64,000 bases of DNA. Origin: Spirochaetia bacterium. Lineage in GTDB: Bacteria > Spirochaetota > Spirochaetia > SP-2023. The stretch's first letter is position 1. Every line of letters starts with the position of its first letter. Shown one piece after another: positions 19,040 to 28,559 of this stretch. The notes beneath the pieces are model-generated. The model made no database searches. It was not told the origin of the DNA and saw only the letters and a list, made by a program, of their open reading frames with translations. The position numbers were made by a program, and so were the translations under genes. The stretch is from assembly GCA_965225855.1 (NCBI GenBank), contig CBDDCK010000005.1, positions 1,728,001 to 1,792,000 of the forward strand. Direction: 5' to 3'.

Positions 19040-20182
19040 TCAACTTAGAAATTCCACTTCAGCATCACTATGCAAATGCTTTGGAGATTTGTGAACAATC
19101 TCTGTGGGGTGTAAATCTTTAGGGTTGGACAACAAAGCTTCATCGTTGGACAACAAAGCTTCATCAAATTCGTCCATAAACTCATCTACTTGAAACTCAT
19201 CTACTTGAAATGGCTGTGTGGGTTGTGCATATTGTGGAGTTGCAAAATATTCTTTTGTAACGGCTTGGCTGGCAACCGGGTTTGTCTGACTCTTTTGATC
19301 TACCGGATAAGCGTCCGTATCAATAACAGTATTAGGCTCGCCATGCATTCGATCGGTTTGAGTCGTATCAATACTGTGTTGGCCCTGTGGGTCGGTAGCA
19401 ATAACTTCTGCCCCATTCTGCTGATTGTAAAAAGCAATCGCCTGCTTGTACCATTCAATTGCTTTTGGGTAGTCTTGTAGCTTAACCTCATACAGTTGGC
19501 ATAGCAAATTGATCGCATATAAACTCTTGCTCTTAGCAGCTAAAGAATACCATTCAATTGCTTTCGGGTAGTCTTTCTGCGTATTTTCATAAAACTGGCC
19601 AAGTGCAATTGCACTGCCCAAATCACCCAATTGCACCGCACGTTTATACCACTCAATCGCCATATCAAAATCTCGATAGCAATGCATATAAATTCGGCAC
19701 AAATGGGAAATAGCCCGCAAATTATTCTGCTGCGCAGCTTTACGATACCAAGCAACCGCTTCATCGTAATCTTCAAAATAAAATTCCAGCAGGTAACCCG
19801 CACGAATCATAGAGAATTGATCGCCATAATGCCCCGCTTCAGAATACCAATCAATAGCATTGTCAATATCTTCTAAACTTTGTTCATAAATAACCGCAAT
19901 GCGGCACATATAATGTAAATAATCATGGTTGGCTTGGTTATCGTGAATAGCCAATTTCTGGTAGTGCTTAATCGCACTCGGATAATCCTGTTGGTATTCC
20001 GCATAGGCCGCCAATTCCGCTATAGCCCATTTTTTACCCTGTTCTGCAGCCCGCAAAACTTGCTTGTAGCTAATATCAAATTCACGGTCGCGCGTGTTTC
20101 CATCTTTGTTTTTTAACTTAAACCAGCTATTGCGCACCTTGGGCTTTGTTTGTATCCCCATATATAGTTCCCCTTCAAACAC
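19040..20182 (-). CDS. Sel1-like repeat (SLR) protein with a disordered acidic tail
   Basis: Repeated DY.KAIEWY..AA..G motifs at ~33-aa period. Confidence 0.9.
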   Translation of the reverse strand: MFEGELYMGIQTKPKVRNSWFKLKNKDGNTRDREFDISYKQVLRAAEQGKKWAIAELAAYAEYQQDYPSAIKHYQKLAIHDNQANHDYLHYMCRIAVIYEQSLEDIDNAIDWYSEAGHYGDQFSMIRAGYLLEFYFEDYDEAVAWYRKAAQQNNLRAISHLCRIYMHCYRDFDMAIEWYKRAVQLGDLGSAIALGQFYENTQKDYPKAIEWYSLAAKSKSLYAINLLCQLYEVKLQDYPKAIEWYKQAIAFYNQQNGAEVIATDPQGQHSIDTTQTDRMHGEPNTVIDTDAYPVDQKSQTNPVASQAVTKEYFATPQYAQPTQPFQVDEFQVDEFMDEFDEALLSNDEALLSNPKDLHPTEIVHKSPKHLHSDAEVEFLS

Positions 20183-20524
20183 GTGCTACAATTTTGCTTG
20201 CAGCACCAAGTTCTACTGGGATTCTATTGAGATCGCCCAAATTATCAATCATTTCCCATGTTGTTTTCTCCGTTGTATTGAAAAATATAAACAAAGAACA
20301 GCACAAAATAACAACCAGCTAGAATTTACTGCCATATAGACAAATGTGAAAATCTTATAGCCTCCATTTAATTGCAGCCTTGGCTTTCAAAAATTAGAGC
20401 CTTGACTTTCAAAATTGCAGTCCTTATACCATAAAATATAACCGCTGGATAAAGCAATTACATACCACAAAAAATAACTTTAAATGGCTAGACAAACACA
20501 GTCTATCTGCCACAATTCCCAACT

Positions 20525-21613
20525 ATGGAATTTATAGACTTAAAAAGCCAGCAACAAAAAATTGCAACCGCATTGCAACAAAAAATTGCAACCGTATTAC
20601 AACACGGTAAATACATTGACGGGCCAGAAGTAGCCGAGCTAGAAACTCAGATAGAAAGTTTGCTGAATAAAAAAGTCCATGCTATAGCTTGTGCTAACGG
20701 CACGGATGCCCTGCAAATAGCTTGTATGGCCTTGGGCTTAAAAGCTGGGGACGAAGTCATCACCACACCACTCAGTTTTATGGCCACCGTCGAAGTCCCC
20801 GTTTTATTGGGTTTAAAGCCGGTGTTTGTCGATGTGGAAGCACAAACAGGCAACCTAGACTCAAACAAATTAGAGGCTGCCATTACCCCCCAAACCAAGC
20901 TAATTTTACCCGTAAGCCTTTATGGCCAATGCGCAAACTATACAAAAATCAATCGTATTGCTGCAAAGCACCAGATTCCGGTGCTAGAAGATGGCGCAGA
21001 AAGTTTTGGTGGCCAACACCACGGTTGCCTTTCTGGCACGCTAACCGATATAGCAACCACTAGCTTCTTTCCAGCCAAGCCGTTAGGCTGCTATGGCGAT
21101 GGAGGCATGGTTTTTACCAAAAATTCAAAACTAGCTACGGTAATTCGGCGCATTTGTCGGCACGGTCAAAGCGCACGCTATCAGCATAGTCTAGTAGGCG
21201 TCAACAGCCGCCTAGATACAATTCAAGCAGCCGTGTTATTGACAAAATTAAATGTATTGCAAAGTGAACACCAAAAAAAGCAGGAAATCGCAAAATACTA
21301 CTACTCTGCTTTTAAAAACAAAACTGGCCTATTGCCAGCCCAACCCGAAAATGAATCTGCTCACGGTTACTTTCCCATTTTAGTAGAGCACCGCGACAAT
21401 ATGAGGCAAGCTTTTGAGCAAGCACAAATCCCCTATAGTTTACACTTCCCTTGCTTGCATACGCAAACCGCAATAGCCAACCTCGGCTACCTCCAAGGGG
21501 ATTTTCCCATCGCCGAGCGTATTTCCCGCCAAGTTATGACTATACCGATGCACGCTTACCTAACGGATACAGAAATAGAACAAATTGTTTCTTGCATCGT
21601 GAAAAATAGCTAA
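20525..21613 (+). CDS. DegT/DnrJ/EryC1/StrS family PLP aminotransferase
   Basis: ANGTDAL, SFFPAKPLGCYGDGG and NSRLDTIQAA motifs. Confidence 0.95.
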   Translation: MEFIDLKSQQQKIATALQQKIATVLQHGKYIDGPEVAELETQIESLLNKKVHAIACANGTDALQIACMALGLKAGDEVITTPLSFMATVEVPVLLGLKPVFVDVEAQTGNLDSNKLEAAITPQTKLILPVSLYGQCANYTKINRIAAKHQIPVLEDGAESFGGQHHGCLSGTLTDIATTSFFPAKPLGCYGDGGMVFTKNSKLATVIRRICRHGQSARYQHSLVGVNSRLDTIQAAVLLTKLNVLQSEHQKKQEIAKYYYSAFKNKTGLLPAQPENESAHGYFPILVEHRDNMRQAFEQAQIPYSLHFPCLHTQTAIANLGYLQGDFPIAERISRQVMTIPMHAYLTDTEIEQIVSCIVKNS

Positions 21614-21616
21614 AAA

Positions 21617-22309
21617 TTAACGGTAGACTAAACGATAATGCTTTTCTCGTTGCAACAGGGCAAATTCCAACAGGCTTAGCCGAAAAACCACAGTATTATT
21701 GCTTTCCATACTACCGCCAGTTTGTGAGATTACCTTGCCCGGAACTTGTACATAGATCACCGCTTTTGCTTGTTGTATATCTCGGCGGGCATCTGAACCA
21801 AAGCTATATTCAACCATATCTAAATAATCATTCTGGTTCATTCCATTGGTTGTTGCCGGCCCATAAAGCTGCAGCAAAGGATTATCGCGCATAGCCGGAA
21901 AACGGCGTTCTAGCTCTTGATACGTTTTGCGGTTAATCGTAATGGAAAGGCGCTTATCGCCATTGGGCTCGGTACTCCAGAAAAAAATATCTTGCTTGTT
22001 TCCAGCAAAATTGGCAAACCGAAATCGAATATTATACGAACCTTCTTTTTCTGAGGTTACCACCGGCTGTAAAATATCTTTACTAGCTTTCAGCCCCCTA
22101 GCAATGCTTTCTGGCTTCAATAGCTCCTCTCCACCGGGAATACTAGCCGCTATAATATTGATATTCTCCAGCATATAGGGTGGCAGCTCAAAGCTTAAAT
22201 CCATACTACCTTGGCCAACACCATCTAATACAATTTTATTTTGTAATTTGCAGGAAAGCATAGTTACAAAAATTACAGCTATGGTACAGTACCACAATAT
22301 TTTATTCAT
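21617..22309 (-). CDS. lipoprotein (LppM-like fold possible)
   Basis: Lipobox MLSC; VQVPGKVISQTGG pattern. Confidence 0.65.
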   Translation of the reverse strand: MNKILWYCTIAVIFVTMLSCKLQNKIVLDGVGQGSMDLSFELPPYMLENINIIAASIPGGEELLKPESIARGLKASKDILQPVVTSEKEGSYNIRFRFANFAGNKQDIFFWSTEPNGDKRLSITINRKTYQELERRFPAMRDNPLLQLYGPATTNGMNQNDYLDMVEYSFGSDARRDIQQAKAVIYVQVPGKVISQTGGSMESNNTVVFRLSLLEFALLQREKHYRLVYR

Positions 22310-22386
22310 AAAAGTCCTATTTCCTTTTGGCTCAAACCCCCAGTAGCCTCGCTACCACTATTGAGCAGAGAATACTCAAAATTCCG

Positions 22387-23505
22387 TTATGGTTGTATTT
22401 GATTTATGCTAATGTATCGCCCTTGTTGTTCATCGGAAACAAAACAAGCATCAAGCACGCGCTGGATTTCTGCACCGCGGGCAAAATCGGGAGGCTCCGC
22501 ACAACCAGTTTTTATGCTGTGGACAAAACGCTGATAGTTACTTGGCGTTTGTGGGCAATACACGGTATACCAATGGGCCCTATCTTTGTTTTGTTCATCG
22601 CAAAGCTGTAAAATATTCGGGCTGGCATCTAAATCTATTTTGAGGCCGCCTTTCGTTCCATAAATCCCCATATACAAAGAATTGGTATGTCCAGTTGCCC
22701 AGCGGCTAGTGTTAAGATTTGCTAGTGCTCCAGAAGCGAAAGTCAAATTAATCAAGGCTGAATCATTTGCATCTAAAGGATATTCGCCAAGTTGTTTGCC
22801 TTTGACGAATTCAAAAGTCTTTAAGGTACAGTGAACAGCCTCAATAGCGCCAGTTTCTGTAGCAACCGGAAAACTCGCAAAGTCTAGGATATGTACACCT
22901 ATATCGCCTAACACCCCTTTGCTACCGTGCTGGGTAGAAAGCCTCCACAACCAAGCTGGATTACTACGCCAGTCTCCCCAAACTTGGGAACTCAACCAAC
23001 TTTGGAAGTATCGGGCCTCAATGTGGATAATTTCGCCGATTTCTCCACTGGCAATAATCTGCTGAGCCTGCTGTAGCGCAGGGGCATTGCGATAACTAAA
23101 GTTTACCATATTCTGCAAGCCAGTAGTTTTTGCTACAGTAACCATACGCTGGGCATCGCCATAGCTTAGGGCTAAAGGTTTTTCACACAATACATGTTTA
23201 CCCGCTTCCAATGCTGCAATACTCAACTGTGCGTGGCAAGCATCTGGTGTTATTATAGAAACAGCATCAAGTTGTGGGTCTGCCAATAAATCTTCAACGT
23301 TGCTATAAGTATTCGCAATTTGAAAGTTATGGGAAAATCCGGCTAATGCCTCGGCCTTTAAATCACAAGCTGCAATTAATGTGCAGCTTGTTTTTTCCAT
23401 TTGCTGAAAAGCTTGAGCATGGGCCGAAGCCATAAGGCCGGTGCCGATAATTCCCAAGCAAACACTAGAGGGAGCATCGGAGTTGAAGATAGCAGCCTCT
23501 GCCAT
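22387..23505 (-). CDS. Gfo/Idh/MocA family oxidoreductase (ThuB-like)
   Basis: GIIGTG, CEKP and GVLGDIGVH motifs; translationally coupled to thuA. Confidence 0.92.
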   Translation of the reverse strand: MAEAAIFNSDAPSSVCLGIIGTGLMASAHAQAFQQMEKTSCTLIAACDLKAEALAGFSHNFQIANTYSNVEDLLADPQLDAVSIITPDACHAQLSIAALEAGKHVLCEKPLALSYGDAQRMVTVAKTTGLQNMVNFSYRNAPALQQAQQIIASGEIGEIIHIEARYFQSWLSSQVWGDWRSNPAWLWRLSTQHGSKGVLGDIGVHILDFASFPVATETGAIEAVHCTLKTFEFVKGKQLGEYPLDANDSALINLTFASGALANLNTSRWATGHTNSLYMGIYGTKGGLKIDLDASPNILQLCDEQNKDRAHWYTVYCPQTPSNYQRFVHSIKTGCAEPPDFARGAEIQRVLDACFVSDEQQGRYISINQIQP

Positions 23506-24272
23506 TAACGAAGCCCTTTTTCGCTTTTGTGAACATAACCAAAAATCGGTATTATCGGTGCCCCATTTGGTGCATCTTCAACATCTTTCCAAGGATTATC
23601 ATTATAAACATAACGCACTGCATTCGTAATAATTTTCTGAATCATAGGCTGCTGATAAATAGGATAGCTCTCGTGCCCGGGTTGAAAATAAAATATTTTA
23701 CCCGCTGCGCGCCGATAAACCAAGCCCGAGCGAAACACATTACCACCTGAAAACCAACCCATAAAAACGGTTTCATCGGCTTCTGGAACAACAAATGGTT
23801 CGCCATACATTTCTTCTTTTTCAAGAATAAAATGGGGTGGTACGCCTTTGGCAATCGGGTGACTAGGGTTTACTGTCCAAATTACTTCTTGTTCGTCAGC
23901 TTCGCGCCACTGCAAGGCACAACTACTGCCCATCATACTGCGGAATATTTTAGAAAAATGGCCTGAATGGAGCACAATCAACCCCATTCCTTGTAAGACT
24001 CTTTCGCGCACGCGAGCCACTACTTCATCACTTACTTGGCCATGGGCCGCATGTCCCCACCACAACAATACATCACAGTTGTCCAAGCGAGACTGAGGCA
24101 AACCATGTTCTGCTTCTTGCAAAGTAGCCGTTTCAGCCTGTATATCTGGTTCTTTATTCAAAAATTCTGCTAAGCACCTGTGAATCCCTTTAGGGTAATT
24201 ATCTCGCACGGTTTGCATTTCAAGTTCGTGAATATTTTCATTCCAAGCAATAACATTGATTTTATCGGGCAT
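23505..24272 (-). CDS. thuA: trehalose utilization protein ThuA
   Basis: WNENIHE, WWGHAAH, LHSGHFSK, EEMYGE and FQPGHESYP motifs. Confidence 0.93.
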   Translation of the reverse strand: MPDKINVIAWNENIHELEMQTVRDNYPKGIHRCLAEFLNKEPDIQAETATLQEAEHGLPQSRLDNCDVLLWWGHAAHGQVSDEVVARVRERVLQGMGLIVLHSGHFSKIFRSMMGSSCALQWREADEQEVIWTVNPSHPIAKGVPPHFILEKEEMYGEPFVVPEADETVFMGWFSGGNVFRSGLVYRRAAGKIFYFQPGHESYPIYQQPMIQKIITNAVRYVYNDNPWKDVEDAPNGAPIIPIFGYVHKSEKGLR

Positions 24273-24374
24273 TCTATCACCTACATTTTATTTATGATTT
24301 TGAACTTCCATTATCTAAGATATTTTATTTATATAAATAAAATTATATGAATCCACCACACGGAAGCTGGTTCG

Positions 24375-24410
24375 ATCCTACTTGTTTATAGTACTTTGTC
24401 AACCGTTTAC
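24375..24410 (-). promoter_or_regulatory. thuA promoter TTGACA-16-TAGGAT with an overlapping LacI-type operator-like site
   Basis: Minus strand GTAAACGGTTGACA resembles the LacI-family TGNAANCGNTTNCA operator and overlaps the -35. Confidence 0.4.
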
Positions 24411-24602
24411 GATAGTTTCATATTCATTCATGGAATTTCTTGGTTTACACAAATAATCCATATCTTGGATTTACAAGTAGAATTGATCAGAGTAGGATTG
24501 AGGCTTTTGGTAGTGTATTCTGAAAATATAAAGATCATTGATAATACTAATAGTACATGACTATGGTTATATTTCATGAATATTACTATGTGAGGGGAAT
24601 AT

Positions 24603-26525
24603 ATGGATGATGCAAAGCAGCAGTCTTTGGAAAATCAAAATTCGCTTGAAGAAGAAAAGCTTGACTCTCCTTTGAACGATAACGATGCAAAAGCTTACGA
24701 TTATGCGGCTCAAAATTTATTGCAAATTCCAATTGAAAAAACAAATTTGAAAAATTCTGTACAAAATACTTTGACAAGGGGAGGGCTTAGAGTTCGCAGT
24801 AAAACCAAACTGCCTAAATCCGCCAAACCCAAAAAATCCGCCCCAAAAAATAGGCAAACTGCAAAATTGAAAACATTTTTAACTGGGTTATTAATTGCGA
24901 TATTTTGCTTTCTAATTAGTTACGGAACTTTGTTTTATTTGAATCAACAAGAATATTCTTTTTTACGGCTAAGTCAGACATTGAAAGAAAATATTTGGCT
25001 GATGTTATTCATTATAGCAATCGTATCTTGTGTAATGACGATATTGCTGGTTTTTCTATTATATATAATCAAATTTTTGAACTCTTGGGTTACGAGCGGC
25101 CAATTGCGCCAAAAAAATGCAATAAAAAAAGATAAAAGGCCTTCAGCTCTGGCTTCCCAGCCTTCACCAGCTAATTTTTCTAATAATTTAGCTACAGAAA
25201 AAACAGAAGAGCAAACTACTGCTCAAACCAAAGCTTCGCCATTGCAGCAAGGGCAGCCAAATGCGCATCTTCAAACCGAAGTAAACATAGAAACGGCGGA
25301 AGAAAAAATTCCAAAACCTCTTGGAGCAGAAACACTTGTAAAACAATATGATGACTGGAATAGTTGGCAATTTCATTTTAGTTTACAATTCCTTCTACGT
25401 AGAAAATTAGTTTATCGTTTGCAAAGTTTAGCTGCGATTTTTGTTAGTTTATTGTCTATAGTTTTAGCTATGAGCTATGTTGTAGATATACTCCCTATCG
25501 CATTGTTATTTTTTGCGTTATTTTTATTGGCTGGTATTTTCTTTTTAATTTATTTGCGCAATCAATATGTGACCAATCAGGAACATATTTTTCAAAGTAT
25601 GTTGCAACAGATTTACCAATATTCTAGCCCAACCAATTCTTATAACCAATTAAATGCAGTCAATATGCTATATGCTTTAGCTTTTACCGAAGCCCGCTAT
25701 TTTCAAAAACGGGTTATTATAGAGTTTCAAAATATTTTGAAACTGACTCGCAGTTCTTGGTATCAAACAAAATACAATAATTCTCCATCTATATTAGTTG
25801 AAGAAGTTTTGCGTAAATTGCTTTCAGCAGTAAATTTTCGGCAGCTATTAGCCTATAAGCAAATTATCCATATACCGATGTTTTTTCGCTGTAATTTACT
25901 GCGTGAATATTTATATCATGGCTTATTTCTAAAATCTTTCCAGAGTTTTCAAGCTTTTCGCTCTCAGGCCACGGTTAGTTTATTGAGCCAAATGGGAGAA
26001 GAAAATCAACCTCGGAAAGAGAATCGGCGAGCAAAGTCACCGTTTGTGCTTGAAAACTATTATTTAGTTGGTATGAATTTGTCTAATCTTCGGGTAAAAG
26101 AAGCCCATTTTCAAAATTGTCAATTGAGTCGTAGTAATTGGGCCAATAGTGATTTAAGTGATTGCAATATTTCTTCCTGTCGCCTAGAGCAAGCCATATT
26201 TTACCGTTCCAGTTGGAGGCGTTTTTTGTGGACGGCAAATACAGCGTGTGATCTTGAATTCGAGCATTGCCTTTTTTTACAAGGTAATCTGAAATATTGC
26301 AATTTAGGAGGGATTCAAAGCAATAATTCTTGGAAGCTGCAGCACTGTTTGTTGCAAGAATGTGATTTGAATCATTCGGTTTTGTACATAGAGACTTGGC
26401 AAAGTGTCAAAGCTTCCAGTTGTAAATGGAATGGCGCTTTGCTCTACCTTGAGGCAGAGTTTTATACGGTAGATACAGAAAATCTAGCGAATATTTTGGG
26501 GAACCGTTTACAAATTAAAGCTTGA
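24603..26525 (+). CDS. membrane protein with C-terminal pentapeptide repeats
   Basis: Four TM segments; C-terminal 5-residue periodicity (NLSNL, CQLSR, SDLSD, CRLEQ). Confidence 0.7.
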   Translation: MDDAKQQSLENQNSLEEEKLDSPLNDNDAKAYDYAAQNLLQIPIEKTNLKNSVQNTLTRGGLRVRSKTKLPKSAKPKKSAPKNRQTAKLKTFLTGLLIAIFCFLISYGTLFYLNQQEYSFLRLSQTLKENIWLMLFIIAIVSCVMTILLVFLLYIIKFLNSWVTSGQLRQKNAIKKDKRPSALASQPSPANFSNNLATEKTEEQTTAQTKASPLQQGQPNAHLQTEVNIETAEEKIPKPLGAETLVKQYDDWNSWQFHFSLQFLLRRKLVYRLQSLAAIFVSLLSIVLAMSYVVDILPIALLFFALFLLAGIFFLIYLRNQYVTNQEHIFQSMLQQIYQYSSPTNSYNQLNAVNMLYALAFTEARYFQKRVIIEFQNILKLTRSSWYQTKYNNSPSILVEEVLRKLLSAVNFRQLLAYKQIIHIPMFFRCNLLREYLYHGLFLKSFQSFQAFRSQATVSLLSQMGEENQPRKENRRAKSPFVLENYYLVGMNLSNLRVKEAHFQNCQLSRSNWANSDLSDCNISSCRLEQAIFYRSSWRRFLWTANTACDLEFEHCLFLQGNLKYCNLGGIQSNNSWKLQHCLLQECDLNHSVLYIETWQSVKASSCKWNGALLYLEAEFYTVDTENLANILGNRLQIKA

Positions 26526-26540
26526 ATTTTCTTACTTTTT

Positions 26541-26993
26541 ATGAGAAAGATTATTTTTGTTGGTATCAGTTTTTTATTGATAGCTTTGTTTTTACTAAGA
26601 TTTTTCCCTTTTGTGCAGGTGCGGGAAAATTCTATGAGCCCGACTCTAAAATCTGAAAGCTTGCTGGTGTTAAACCGTTTATCCTACATATTTTACGATG
26701 TCGGTATGGGAGACGTGCTAGTTTTTTTCAGTGATAAAGAGGAACAAATAATTAAACGTTGTGTTTTGGTGCAGCGGGCACCTTTGTATTGGCAAGGAAA
26801 ATATCTTTATATACCTTATTTAGGAATCTCAATAGAAGTCAATGAAACCGTGCGCAGAAAGCTGGTCATTTTCGATAGCGTGCCTGATGGGTTTATTTTC
26901 GTACTGGGAGACAATCTTTCCCAGTCAATTGATTCTCGCAACTACGGTTTGGTTTCCCTTGCCCAAGTTCAGGGCAAGATTTTGTGGCTATAA
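26541..26993 (+). CDS. lepB: signal peptidase I
   Basis: SMSPTL, IIKR and GDN...SIDSRNYG motifs. Confidence 0.92.
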   Translation: MRKIIFVGISFLLIALFLLRFFPFVQVRENSMSPTLKSESLLVLNRLSYIFYDVGMGDVLVFFSDKEEQIIKRCVLVQRAPLYWQGKYLYIPYLGISIEVNETVRRKLVIFDSVPDGFIFVLGDNLSQSIDSRNYGLVSLAQVQGKILWL

Positions 26994-27136
26994 TTGCATT
27001 TACTTTCGCGTAAAAGATCAACAAATGTTTTGGTTATTAGTGAAAAAGCAAAAGCCGATATTCCATTGGTTTTTCTTGATTCCTCATGTTTTTCCAATGC
27101 ACTATTATTCATAATGCTTCCTGTACTATAAAATGT

Positions 27137-27814
27137 CTAGCCAATCTTTGCTTTCATTGCTGCTAATTTGTCAGCAACGGAACTAGAAATTTCTTTTGAT
27201 TCCAAATTGTCAAATTCTTTTTCAAGGGAGTCCGTACCATTGTTTTTTAGCAATTCTCCTGCTGCATCTGCTTCGTAAGAGTTTTGTTGAGCTTTGGCTC
27301 GCATACGTTCAATTAAATCATTGGTGCTGGATTTACCAATTTTCGCTTTCGCATTGTAAATATCTTTTTTTACATCAGCTGCTTTGCTTTGGGCTATAAT
27401 TAAATTGCGTTCACGTTTTAAAGAAGCAAAGTCATTTTCCATTTCTTGCAGAGATTGTTTTAGTTGGCCACTTTCACCATGTTGTAATTGCCATTGCTGT
27501 TGATAGCTAGCTGCTTCTCTTTCATGTTCTTCTGCACGCTGTAAAGCTTGGGCTGCCAAATCTTCTTTACCGGCTTTTAATGCAAGTTCTGCTTTATTTG
27601 TCCAATCTTTTTGGTTACTCAAAGCTCTATCGAGTTCTGCTTTGGTTTGCTTTTCAGTTGCAATTACTTTTACGATTGCAGCACGAGCTTCCGCAATTTG
27701 TCGTTCTCGGTCCCGGATTGCTTGATCAATCATCTTTTCTGGTTTTTCCAGTTTATCGAGTAGCTGATTGGCCTCTGCCTGACCAATTTTAAACATGCGG
27801 GATAATAGACCCAT
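27137..27814 (-). CDS. pspA: PspA/IM30 family protein
   Basis: LLDKLEKPEKMIDQAIRD, AELAL..GKEDLA..AL; coiled coil. Confidence 0.9.
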   Translation of the reverse strand: MGLLSRMFKIGQAEANQLLDKLEKPEKMIDQAIRDRERQIAEARAAIVKVIATEKQTKAELDRALSNQKDWTNKAELALKAGKEDLAAQALQRAEEHEREAASYQQQWQLQHGESGQLKQSLQEMENDFASLKRERNLIIAQSKAADVKKDIYNAKAKIGKSSTNDLIERMRAKAQQNSYEADAAGELLKNNGTDSLEKEFDNLESKEISSSVADKLAAMKAKIG

Positions 27815-27853
27815 AATTATACCTCTTTCTATTGTTTTGTTTGGTTATTATCG

Positions 27854-28255
27854 TTAATCGAATAATTGCTGTACTCGCAAGCAAGCTAAGCCCATACTTT
27901 CTAATACGGACAGGATTTCATTGCTATCTAGGTTTTCACCTTCCAAGCGTTCTACTAAACATAACTGGTTGGCTTGGCTGTTAATCGCTACGCTAACAGG
28001 GGCAATCTCACTATTTAGGTCTAGCAATTTGTATAGAACAGCTGCATTTTGCCTAAGGTTGCCTAACTCACCAAGACTTAGTTCAAAATACAAAGTGGCT
28101 GCTTGGTCTAAGTTTTCTAAGGCGATATAGATACTAGGCCCACCGATGTTTTTTACCGCAAGAATATTATCCTTAAGAGTCTCAACCAGATAATCATGGT
28201 TTTCCAGAAATTCGGTAAGTGGTTGTTGTGTTGTACTACGTATAGTTATATCCAT
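27854..28255 (-). CDS. YjfI/DUF2170-like (T3SS-chaperone-like fold) protein
   Basis: Small acidic protein with LLDLNSEIAPVSVAI, directly upstream of the pspA-like gene as in yjfI-yjfJ. Confidence 0.5.
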   Translation of the reverse strand: MDITIRSTTQQPLTEFLENHDYLVETLKDNILAVKNIGGPSIYIALENLDQAATLYFELSLGELGNLRQNAAVLYKLLDLNSEIAPVSVAINSQANQLCLVERLEGENLDSNEILSVLESMGLACLRVQQLFD

Positions 28256-28559
28256 CACTATCTCCTGCTGATGTTTCACTGTAATAATAAGCAAAAATTG
28301 TTTAATGTACAATAAAAATTTGGGGCATTTCTTAAATGCATCTTCTTATTTACGACTTTTAAACACCATAACATTTATAGAATATTCTACTAAAGGCTAT
28401 GTATTTATTAGCCGTTGTGAATTTATGCCAAACAGAATAAAAGATAATGAAAAAAGTATACTTGCTTATTCACAAAATAAGAGTATTGTTTTATTCAATC
28501 AAGAAATATTTAGGTATGATAATATTTCTTGATTGAATAATTTATTTTAGGAAGGATTT

